IMG/VR virus record: IMGVR_UViG_3300045996_002451
Span: 1 to 64,000 of that record
Strand: one strand, 5' to 3'
DNA length: 64,000 nt
From: a virus
Lineage: Duplodnaviria; Heunggongvirae; Uroviricota; Caudoviricetes
Below, piece by piece: positions 56,291 through 64,000 of the stretch (position 1 is the stretch's first letter; each line of letters opens with the position of its first letter). The notes below the pieces were generated by a model. The model saw only the letters and a program-made list of their open reading frames with translations. It did no database searches and was not told where the DNA came from. The position numbers and the translations under genes are program-made.

Positions 56291-56620
56291 CTTCCCTACT
56301 ACTCCCGCTACATCCGAGTTGTTCTCTCTACTACTACGGGAAACGATAACTCCTGGAGCATAGTGGGGCGGGCGCAGCCTACTACGAGGCGGGCCACGCC
56401 CTTGTGATCCAGGAGATCCTTTACTCTTCCTAGTAGTAGAGAGTACTGGAGGTAGAGAGACCGGTGGGTACACGGGTAACGGAGTACCTCGGGTACTCCT
56501 GGGAGGAGACCGGAGAGCCTTACTCTGCAGCGTTCCAGAACGATCCATCAGCGGAGCATGATGCAGGGTAAGGGTAAGGAGAGTCCAGTAGTAGGAGAGT
56601 GCGCTCGCTTCGCTCGCGCC
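56291..56620. other. long imperfect inverted-repeat region (possible origin or structured element)
   Basis: CTCTCTACTACTA/TAGTAGTAGAGAG and CTCCTGGA/TCCAGGAG nested stems; outer CCTACTACT/AGTAGTAGG. Confidence 0.55.
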
Positions 56621-56627
56621 TTCGGCG

Positions 56628-56825
56628 CTACCGGATGCCGTGCTTCTCCAGCATCTGGGCGTAGTCCAGGATGCCGCGGAGGTCGATGGTGGTCGCCTCC
56701 TTGATGTGTATCGAGCCGGAGAGGTTCCAGCGCTCCAGGGCAATCTGGGCGGCAGCCTGCTCATTCGGCGCTACTACCAGGTGGTGTCGCTCTTGCTCGT
56801 CGGTGAGCACATAGATATAAAGCAT
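56628..56825 (-). CDS. small hypothetical protein
   Basis: AAGGA RBS. Confidence 0.55.
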   Translation of the reverse strand: MLYIYVLTDEQERHHLVVAPNEQAAAQIALERWNLSGSIHIKEATTIDLRGILDYAQMLEKHGIR

Positions 56826-56887
56826 GCCGTTCCTTTCTAGTGAGGGAGCTTTCGCTCTACTACTACGGGAAAGAAGAGATGCGCTCG

Positions 56888-57106
56888 CTACGCTCGCGCC
56901 AGCGCGACGAGCTGGGTGACCTTGTCCAGCTCCTTAGTAGTAAGCTGAAAGTCTTGCAGGGTTTCGCCGTCCTTCATCAGGGACAACTCACACAGCTCGG
57001 GATGGTCGGTGTCGATCACCAGGTTGAGGTGACCATACTCCCGGTTGCCGCCATACGGACAGGGCAGGACGGCAGGCAGTGAGAACTTGATTTCCATAGA
57101 GGGCAC
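56888..57106 (-). CDS. small hypothetical protein
   Basis: 72 aa ORF. Confidence 0.5.
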   Translation of the reverse strand: MPSMEIKFSLPAVLPCPYGGNREYGHLNLVIDTDHPELCELSLMKDGETLQDFQLTTKELDKVTQLVALARA

Positions 57107-57571
57107 CTATCTATGCGCAGGAAAAGGTGGGCCCCGGGAAGGGGCCGGTTAAAACAGGGAGAGTTGGGAAAGGGACGCGCTCGCTGACGCTCGCGCTGCG
57201 CGCGCCTCCCGGCTACGCCGGGCTAGCTCTTGCGCTAGCTCTTTCCGCGGCAGGGCCTCTTCGCGGGCCAGGTGCGTCAGCACCCGTCCGGCATCGAAGC
57301 CAAGCCGAATACGCCGGGCAGCTTCCGTCGCGACGCGCTGAAGGCGCAGTTGGTACGGAGACGGTCCGGACTCGCTCATTTGCGGTTCCCCGCGGCCAGG
57401 CCCTTCAGGGCCACGACGCAGAGGACGATGACTGCCACGAAGGCGAAGCCGAGCAGATATAAGATGCCGCCGATCAAGGCTGCCATGTCTTCTTACTCCA
57501 GACGAAAAAACACCCCGCCCTCTACTACTAGGTAGAGAGCAGGGTGTCTGGTTGGTCCTACGCGTTACCGA

Positions 57572-57991
57572 CTACTCGTTGAAGTCGTTGTCCAGGCCGC
57601 CGTCATCGTAGTTGGCGCTGGTCTGGGCTTCCGGTCGTGCAGTTGCCGCCGCACGGTTGTCGCCCTGGCCGTCTTTCGGCTTGTCGATCAGCTTGATGTT
57701 GTCGGCCACGAACTCGACGGCACGGCGCTTGTTGCCTGCCTGGTCCTTGTACTCGCGGACCTGGACCTTGGACTCGACCGAGACCATCCGGCCCTTGGAG
57801 CCGTAGTTCGCGATGTACTCGGCGGACGTGCGCCAGATCACGAAGTCCAGGAAGTCGGCCTCGTAGACCCCTTCCTTGTTCTTGTAATCGCGCGTGAAGG
57901 CGATCCGCACGTTCACGTAAGCGACCCCGCCCGACGTGTACTTCAGTTCCGGATCGTTCGCCAGTCGGCCTACGCCACAATGCTTGTTCAT
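57572..57991 (-). CDS. ssb: single-stranded DNA-binding protein
   Basis: GRLANDPELKYT...ADFLDFVIWR..AE..ANYGSKGRMVSVE...REY; acidic tail. Confidence 0.95.
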   Translation of the reverse strand: MNKHCGVGRLANDPELKYTSGGVAYVNVRIAFTRDYKNKEGVYEADFLDFVIWRTSAEYIANYGSKGRMVSVESKVQVREYKDQAGNKRRAVEFVADNIKLIDKPKDGQGDNRAAATARPEAQTSANYDDGGLDNDFNE

Positions 57992-58144
57992 GTCTCTATT
58001 CTCCGTCGTTAAAAAGAGCCGAAGCTCCCCGGTGTTTTGGGAATCTCTCCCCCACACCCCTACACGCAATCTTTCGGATCAGGTCAGCCTTACGCTTTCC
58101 AGCCCCTCAAGGCACCACGTGTAGGGGAAATCTTACGCCTAATG

Positions 58145-58768
58145 TTACCCTTTTTCAGCGTCGAAGTGACCTACCGACAGCAGCGTAGCCCCCTTCATAT
58201 CGGTGTCCTGCGTCTGGGACTCCGGCGCGGTGACCCGCTTCAGGGACGCCCCGCGGAAGTGCATGCTGTAGCACTGGGAGAAGTAGAAGCAGACGTCCGC
58301 CAAGTTAGCGGCGTTGAACTTCGCGTAGCTGAGGTCGCAGCGGCGGAAGTGGCACTTGATCCAGAGGCTGACCTCGCACCGGGTCCCGGTCAGGTCGCAG
58401 CCTTCGAACTCGCACTGCTCCCACTGGGTGCTGGACAGGTCGGTGGTGTAGAACTTGCACCCGAAGAAGATGCACCGTTCGAACTTCACGCCCCGAAGAT
58501 CCTGGTTGCTGAAGACCAGGCCGTAGAAGCTTTCGCCCCGCACGGTGCCTTGCTTGCGGAGGCGCGCCGCCAGGCGGTCCATCTTGCGGGCCGCAGCCCA
58601 CTGGCGGTTCCACTCGCGGCGGCTCTGCCGCTCTTGCGGGGTGCCGCAGCAGAGCGTGTACAGCTGGCTGGGATGCAGCGCGTAGAACACGATCAGGCAC
58701 AGCCAGTGCCAGGCGCCTTCCCAGAGGCTCGTCTCGTTGTGGTTGGTATTCAAAATAATAGCGCTCAT
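58145..58768 (-). CDS. pentapeptide-repeat protein
   Basis: DLRGVKFERC, CDLTG, CDLSYAKF, ANLAD repeats. Confidence 0.85.
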   Translation of the reverse strand: MSAIILNTNHNETSLWEGAWHWLCLIVFYALHPSQLYTLCCGTPQERQSRREWNRQWAAARKMDRLAARLRKQGTVRGESFYGLVFSNQDLRGVKFERCIFFGCKFYTTDLSSTQWEQCEFEGCDLTGTRCEVSLWIKCHFRRCDLSYAKFNAANLADVCFYFSQCYSMHFRGASLKRVTAPESQTQDTDMKGATLLSVGHFDAEKG

Positions 58769-58861
58769 GGAGATACTCCTGGAAAGGGAAAGAGAGAACC
58801 GAGGATGATGAGGCAAGCGGGCCCGACCGGGGCCAGACCCGCTTGCGTAGAGAGACACGGA

Positions 58862-59212
58862 CTAGCCGGGGAGCTGCGGGTTCGGGACGTGCACCACAGT
58901 GGCTTGCGGAGCCTGCTGCGGTTTGGCCTGAGCCTGACCGGCAAGTCCCTGGAAGAGGCCACCCACAAACGCGGTAGCGCCCGAGATCACCGAGTTGCCT
59001 ACGGTACCGACCACTTTGCCTGCGGAGTCCAGGAACTCCCGACTCTGGGCCGGATCGAACCAGTTGATGCCTGGCTTGTTCTGGAGCGCCGCCATGAGCT
59101 GAGCGTTCTGCTGCGCGAGCATCTGCTGCTGGGCCAGGAGCTGCTGGATCTGCTCGTTGGTGAGCGCGGGAGCGGAAGCCTGGGCTACGGGAACCTGATT
59201 CGCGTCTTGCAT
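58862..59212 (-). CDS. Q/A-rich hypothetical protein
   Basis: low-complexity ORF with promoter motif upstream. Confidence 0.65.
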   Translation of the reverse strand: MQDANQVPVAQASAPALTNEQIQQLLAQQQMLAQQNAQLMAALQNKPGINWFDPAQSREFLDSAGKVVGTVGNSVISGATAFVGGLFQGLAGQAQAKPQQAPQATVVHVPNPQLPG

Positions 59213-59224
59213 GGAACACCTTTC

Positions 59225-59238
59225 GTTACACGTGTAAC
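59225..59238. promoter_or_regulatory. perfect palindrome GTTACACGTGTAAC (representative of dispersed site)
   Basis: near-identical copies at 4742, 19964, 25336, 27996, 36833, 42085, 45657, 54510, 56467 and within CDSs. Confidence 0.7.
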
Positions 59239-59306
59239 CGTTTTACGCTAGAGACAGGGTTGCTGGGTAGAGGGCTAGCGCACCCCCTACCCAACCCTAC
59301 ACGCAG

Positions 59307-59915
59307 CTACTTGACTTTGATGCCGAGATTGCTCAGCACGCGCTCCTTCGGCACGTGGCACGCAATCATCTTCGAGGCCTTGAACGCCACCGGGCAGAGG
59401 TGCTCGGCGTTGCCATACTGACCGTGCTGGTTGCACTTCTCGCCCGCGGCCAGCGGGGTGCCACACGAGCAGCGCTCGAACGTCGGCAGCGCGCGGACTT
59501 GCGCCCACACATCGTTGCTCTCGATCTTCCGCTCGAACTGGCTGCGGGCGCTCTTCTTGGCCACGTGGCCATCCGCCAGCACCTGGAGCACGTCCAGGAT
59601 GAACATCGGTCCCGTCAGCTCATCGATCGAGGCGTCTTCCGGCAAGGTCATCCCGAGCGTGTGGGCCAGCTTGGTGACGCGGGCTAGCGCAATGATCCGC
59701 ACCTGGTCGGATGCACTGCTGACCGGCACCTGCTCTACCGGAGCCGAAGGCTCCACGGTGGTGCTCACCGACTCCAGGACCGCACCCGCGGCCTCGGCTG
59801 TCGCCACCGCTGCTTCATCCAGCTCATCGACAAACGGGTTCTCCAACTCCACGGGCGGCGGAACCATCTCGTCCGTCACGGCAACCTGCGGGTCGTTCTT
59901 CGTCTTCGTCTTCAT
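59307..59915 (-). CDS. hypothetical protein with C-terminal Cys/His cluster
   Basis: CSCG...CNQH...HLC...CH. Confidence 0.7.
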   Translation of the reverse strand: MKTKTKNDPQVAVTDEMVPPPVELENPFVDELDEAAVATAEAAGAVLESVSTTVEPSAPVEQVPVSSASDQVRIIALARVTKLAHTLGMTLPEDASIDELTGPMFILDVLQVLADGHVAKKSARSQFERKIESNDVWAQVRALPTFERCSCGTPLAAGEKCNQHGQYGNAEHLCPVAFKASKMIACHVPKERVLSNLGIKVK

Positions 59916-60328
59916 GTCAAGCTCCTCTTAGTACGCAAGTCAACTGGGACCCATGTCCCCACACCCCTGCACGCAATCTCTCGAGCCGGTACCCGTAGAC
60001 GTGGAGCGGACCAGGCTGAACGGGATGAACGCTCAGCCGGGCACACTCCACGCCCCAGGTCGGGTGGGGTGCCGAAGGCACCTAGCTCTTCAAGGTCCAG
60101 GTTTTGGGATCACGAGGCACAATGAGCCCCTCTTGCTTGAGACGCTGCACAATCTCGTTAGCAGGCCGACCTAGCCGGTTAGTGCCACTTTGGGTGTACA
60201 GCTCCCAACTCTCGAGGTAAGGCCCTTCCGGGGCATCGTAGCGCAGTACAGCGCCACCCTTGAGAAGGCGCACGACCGCGTCGTACGGGATGTTGCTCTT
60301 GCTAGCTCTCTTAGTCATCTGTATCTCC

Positions 60329-60820
60329 TTAGCGTGCGTACAGTTCGTCGTACGCAATGTTGCGGTTGTCGTCGCGCTGGGTCTGCTCACCCTTACCATC
60401 ACAGCGGAAACACTTGTCGGTGCGGCCATCCCGGAACTTGAACAGTCCGGTGCCTGCACACTTCCAGCAGACAACCCGGGCATCTTTGTCCAGCTTGGAC
60501 CATTCGATCGGTTCCGGATCAGCAGGCTTCCAGTCATCGGCGGGGCGATGGTCAAACTCAATCTCCAGCGTCCAACCGGTGTCTGGCGGCAGCGTGCTCG
60601 CCGGATCTTTCTTGATATGCAAGGAGATCAGGTGTGCGTAGTACGTGGCCTTTCCACCCCGAGCGTTAATCGCGGCCTCTTTCTTCTGCAGCCACGCACT
60701 GGCCGCTTCAGCACTCTCGAACGTGCGTGTGTACATGGGCTTGTAATCCTGCAACCAGCACGGGTAGCCCATCCCGTGATCCTTGTAGGTCGTACGGAAG
60801 CACTCAACAATGACACTCAT
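60329..60820 (-). CDS. protein with DnaJ-type CxxCxGxG zinc finger
   Basis: CWKCAGTG...CFRCDGKG. Confidence 0.7.
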   Translation of the reverse strand: MSVIVECFRTTYKDHGMGYPCWLQDYKPMYTRTFESAEAASAWLQKKEAAINARGGKATYYAHLISLHIKKDPASTLPPDTGWTLEIEFDHRPADDWKPADPEPIEWSKLDKDARVVCWKCAGTGLFKFRDGRTDKCFRCDGKGEQTQRDDNRNIAYDELYAR

Positions 60821-60840
60821 CTCTAGTTCCTCCTGTCTTC

Positions 60841-62664
60841 TTAGCGCATCGCGTAGGCCGACCACCGCGCACGGTGAGCCTGGCGTCGTTCTTTCCAACC
60901 ACTCTTGCTGCTCTCGAACACCTCAGGCACCGCGACCGGCTCACCGGCCACGACCGGAACCTCAAGCTTCACTACTTGCGTCCGGCAGCAGTCACACACT
61001 CCACAACCCAGGATGGAGCGATCGAACAGCAACTGACCGTTCGTGCTGTCCTGGATCTCGAAGTAATCAGAGATCACCTGCTGTCGGCATCCCTGAGCCT
61101 GCACGTAGGTACGCAGACCCTGGATGCGACGGCGCTCAGCCAGCGAGAGCTGGAGCGTGAGGGTCTTGACTACCTGCTTCACCTCCACCACTTCCGTGAG
61201 CTTGATGTGCAGACCGATCGGACCCGGCACCGCCTTGAGCGCGCCTTTGTTCTGCGCGATCTCCATCGCCCGCTGCAGTTGCACAGTGGGCTTCTTGAGC
61301 TGGCTGCAGAGCATCATCGTCGAGAGGTGATACTCCTTACCCACCACCAACGTGTTGAGGGAGGCCACCGGTCGTTGCAGCGTCAGGCTGTAACCGATCG
61401 GCAGGTCATAACCGCGGGTGATTGCTCCCACCTTTTCCAGGTGAGACAGCATCACGCGCACCTGAGTCTCATCACCCCCGGTCTGGGCAATCAGCTCGGC
61501 CATGGAGAGCACCCCCTCACGGCGCTTACCCAGCTTGACCACCAGCGTTTCGTACAGCTTGGCAATCTGCGCGGACGACACCTTACCGTGATCTGCCCGT
61601 AGCTCCATCGAGAGCAGGTCAGACTGGGAAAGGAGAAGGACACACTTGCTCGGTAAGCCATCCCGTCCAGCACGGCCTGCTTCCTGGGTGTACGCTTCCA
61701 GGCTGCGGCTCGGGGACCAATGGGCGACCAGACGTACGTTCGGCTTATCCACACCCATCCCAAACGCGATGGTGGCGATGATGACCTTCAGCTCATCCTT
61801 GATGAACGCATCCTGGGTAGCCGCACGCTCTTCCTTACCCATACCGGCGTGGTAATGGGCCGCGTTGACTCCCAGCTCCTGGAGCCGTGTGGCCAGCGTC
61901 TCACATGCCTGGCGCGTATCGGCGTAGATGATCGAGGCACCACCCTTGGCTTCTTCGAGCAGTTCCAGGATGCGCACCATCTTCAGCTCATCGTGATTCA
62001 CCACCTCGACGCTGTAGCGCAGATTACCGCGGCGTACCCCGTGGTTGATGGTGTGCCACTCTCCACCAAAGCAGGAGGTGATGGCTTCCTGCGTACCCGG
62101 CGTAGCGGTAGCCGTCAGGGCGAGTACACGGGTAACACCCAGCTCGCGGGCCACCTCACCCAGGAACAGGTAATCCGGACGGAACTCGCTACCCCACAGG
62201 GAGAGGCAGTGTGCTTCATCCACAACCAGGAAGTCCACCTTAGCCTGCTTGAGGGTGTTGATGAACTTGGCCTGGCGCAACCGCTCCGGCGCCACGTACA
62301 GCACGTCGACCTGCTTCAGGTCATCGAAGCCTTCTTCGCCGTCCTGCATGTTGAAGCGGGAGATCACCTCCTTGATCTCCTCCGCGCTCATCTGCGAGTT
62401 GACGCACGCTACCCGGTCACGCAGGGTGGTCGGGATGCCTTCGACCTGATCCTTCTGCAAGGCGATCAGGGGCGAGATCACGATGGTCTTCCAACCCTGA
62501 GCCAGGGCAGGCACCTGATAGATGCGGCTCTTACCACCACCCGTGGCAAGCAGTACGAGCGTGCGGCTGTTCTCTTCCAGCACCTTACCAATGGCTTCAG
62601 CCTGAGCCGGGCGGAAACTGTCTGCGCCCCAATGGGCCTTGTGAAACGCGTTAACGGTATTCAT
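60841..62664 (-). CDS. recQ: RecQ-family helicase
   Basis: FRPAQ, TGGGKS, SPLIAL, YVAPERL, VDEAHCLSLWGSEFRP, ATIAFGMGVDKPNVR, QEAGRAGRDG, CGVCDCC. Confidence 0.95.
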   Translation of the reverse strand: MNTVNAFHKAHWGADSFRPAQAEAIGKVLEENSRTLVLLATGGGKSRIYQVPALAQGWKTIVISPLIALQKDQVEGIPTTLRDRVACVNSQMSAEEIKEVISRFNMQDGEEGFDDLKQVDVLYVAPERLRQAKFINTLKQAKVDFLVVDEAHCLSLWGSEFRPDYLFLGEVARELGVTRVLALTATATPGTQEAITSCFGGEWHTINHGVRRGNLRYSVEVVNHDELKMVRILELLEEAKGGASIIYADTRQACETLATRLQELGVNAAHYHAGMGKEERAATQDAFIKDELKVIIATIAFGMGVDKPNVRLVAHWSPSRSLEAYTQEAGRAGRDGLPSKCVLLLSQSDLLSMELRADHGKVSSAQIAKLYETLVVKLGKRREGVLSMAELIAQTGGDETQVRVMLSHLEKVGAITRGYDLPIGYSLTLQRPVASLNTLVVGKEYHLSTMMLCSQLKKPTVQLQRAMEIAQNKGALKAVPGPIGLHIKLTEVVEVKQVVKTLTLQLSLAERRRIQGLRTYVQAQGCRQQVISDYFEIQDSTNGQLLFDRSILGCGVCDCCRTQVVKLEVPVVAGEPVAVPEVFESSKSGWKERRQAHRARWSAYAMR

Positions 62665-62800
62665 TACAGGACTCCCTTCACGAGGTTGATCAGGAACAGC
62701 GCAGTGTTCCAAAGCTGTTGCACCAACATCACCACCAACACGTAGCCGATACACCGGCCCACGATCTGTGCCCACTGGGGCAGCTCCTCTTCGGTCTTCT

Positions 62801-63037
62801 TCATTGCGCCTCGTTCATTACGTCGTAATGGAGCGTGTGTTCGACGCCCGTGCTAGTGATGGCGGTAACCCCCTGGCGATGCAGGAGTACGCCGCCCCCA
62901 TTGCGGAGGATACGGGTTACGATGTTCACGATGTACTGACGCACTTCAGTCTCATCTCCGAACCAGTCTGCGTCATTCAGCTCAGGCAGTTCACCTGCAG
63001 CCTGAACGTGCCATTGATAGCCGTAAAGAGTTTGCAC
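62801..63037 (-). CDS. small hypothetical protein
   Basis: AGGAG RBS before GTG. Confidence 0.55.
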   Translation of the reverse strand: MQTLYGYQWHVQAAGELPELNDADWFGDETEVRQYIVNIVTRILRNGGGVLLHRQGVTAITSTGVEHTLHYDVMNEAQ

Positions 63038-63113
63038 TTCTGTCTCCTAAACAAGCGTGAGGGCCAGGGTGTTACCCCTGACCCCCAGCACACGTGGTGT
63101 CTAAGCCTCGTGT

Positions 63114-63998
63114 TTAGTCCAGCGCTTTGAGCTGCGTCATCACCGCTGCGAGTCCCATTCCGATCTCTTCCAGTTCGGCAGAGACCTCGGAGAACTCACG
63201 GCTGCTGACGTCCGGCCAGATCCCTGCGAACAGGGCTGCGTGCAGCTCTACCTTGACCTGAGCGTCGACGTTGCTCGTGATCTCCACCGTCTGGCTCGGA
63301 CGGTAGCACGGCATCGGAACCACCACTGCTCGTCCCAGTTCGTGGCGATCCACGTCCGGGTTGAGGCAGCGTCCGATGTTGCGCGTATCGCCCGGGGTGT
63401 AGATCCCCTCTTCGTAGAGGTTGGCCCAGGTTACGTCGCGTACGCAGTCCTGATCCAAGCCCTTGGCGACGAGCTTGGCGCGGATGTGCGTGACGTACTG
63501 TTCAGCGGTAGCCGTGGTGTCCTTGATGGACTTGATGCCCGCTTCAGCAGCCATCCCACTACCTACCGCACCCAGGGCTTCCTTTCCAGCCTTGACCGCC
63601 GTATCCTTAGGGAACACGACGTCGACCGGTTGCTGGTTGCCCTTCTCATCCGTGTACCAGAACTGGATCGGGATGATGTTCAGCGTCCCTTTGAAGGGGC
63701 TGAGGAACTTCACCTTACCAGCGTCCAGTCGCGGCCAGGTGACCGTGACTCGGTACTTGGGCACCATCAGACCCGGATGCTTCTCGATTGGGCGCTCTTC
63801 GATGACGAACACCCCCGGGAAGTCCACCGGTACTCCGTGGTGGATCAAGGTCTCGCGGTAGCTTTCCACACGCTCCATCGTGGCCAGGTCCTCATGGGTT
63901 TGGATGAGGGCTAGCTTCAGCAGCGCGCTCGGGCAAGCCGCGATCGTATCCAGACACGCGCCATTGTAGATGGTCACGTTCTCGATGTTGGCCACCAT
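63114..63998 (-). CDS. second RNA polymerase beta-like protein (likely 5'-truncated by window edge)
   Basis: PKYRVTVTW..GKVKFLSPFKGTLNIIPIQFWYTDEKGNQQPVDVVFP aligns with the 22511 ORF and beta GDK...KG...PVDIV. Confidence 0.6.
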   Translation of the reverse strand: MVANIENVTIYNGACLDTIAACPSALLKLALIQTHEDLATMERVESYRETLIHHGVPVDFPGVFVIEERPIEKHPGLMVPKYRVTVTWPRLDAGKVKFLSPFKGTLNIIPIQFWYTDEKGNQQPVDVVFPKDTAVKAGKEALGAVGSGMAAEAGIKSIKDTTATAEQYVTHIRAKLVAKGLDQDCVRDVTWANLYEEGIYTPGDTRNIGRCLNPDVDRHELGRAVVVPMPCYRPSQTVEITSNVDAQVKVELHAALFAGIWPDVSSREFSEVSAELEEIGMGLAAVMTQLKALD

Positions 63999-64000
63999 GG

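Noticed and set aside
56601-57196. AAV-like Rep-binding (GCTC) element implying a HUH-Rep replicon
   Set aside because: Resemblance is short and no HUH Rep gene is in the window; kept only as an unexplained repeat.

Overview
Segment of a large, GC-rich dsDNA phage, probably jumbo-sized; no structural genes fall in the window and the host is not determinable. Almost all genes are on the minus strand and use the standard code. It encodes nucleotide and NAD metabolism: NrdA, a class Ic-like NrdB, a PurA-like enzyme with a vWA neighbour, NUDIX, and NAMPT/NMNAT-like/CinA-like proteins. It also encodes ADP-ribose-related domains (NADAR, macrodomain, two SLOG), highly diverged two-barrel RNA polymerase subunits (one beta'-like, two beta-like), SF2 and RecQ helicases, SSB, RNase H, a CCA-adding/HD enzyme and several expanded paralog families. 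The standout is a Ro60 (TROVE) gene preceded by a ~4.7 kb RNA cluster (36.86-41.5 kb) under a sigma70-type promoter. The cluster holds about nine RNAs with a Ro60-binding (Y RNA) helix. In several of them that helix is grafted onto a tRNA body at different positions: the anticodon arm (circularly permuted), the acceptor stem, and possibly the variable arm. It also holds anticodon-less tRNA mimics, one fMet-like tRNA and a duplicated, covarying unknown ncRNA. Two dispersed DNA motifs recur: a candidate phage-RNAP promoter (AGATTGCGTGTAGGG) and a palindromic GTTACACG(G/T)GTA(A/T)C site. All calls come from reading the sequence by eye; no searches or folding programs were run.
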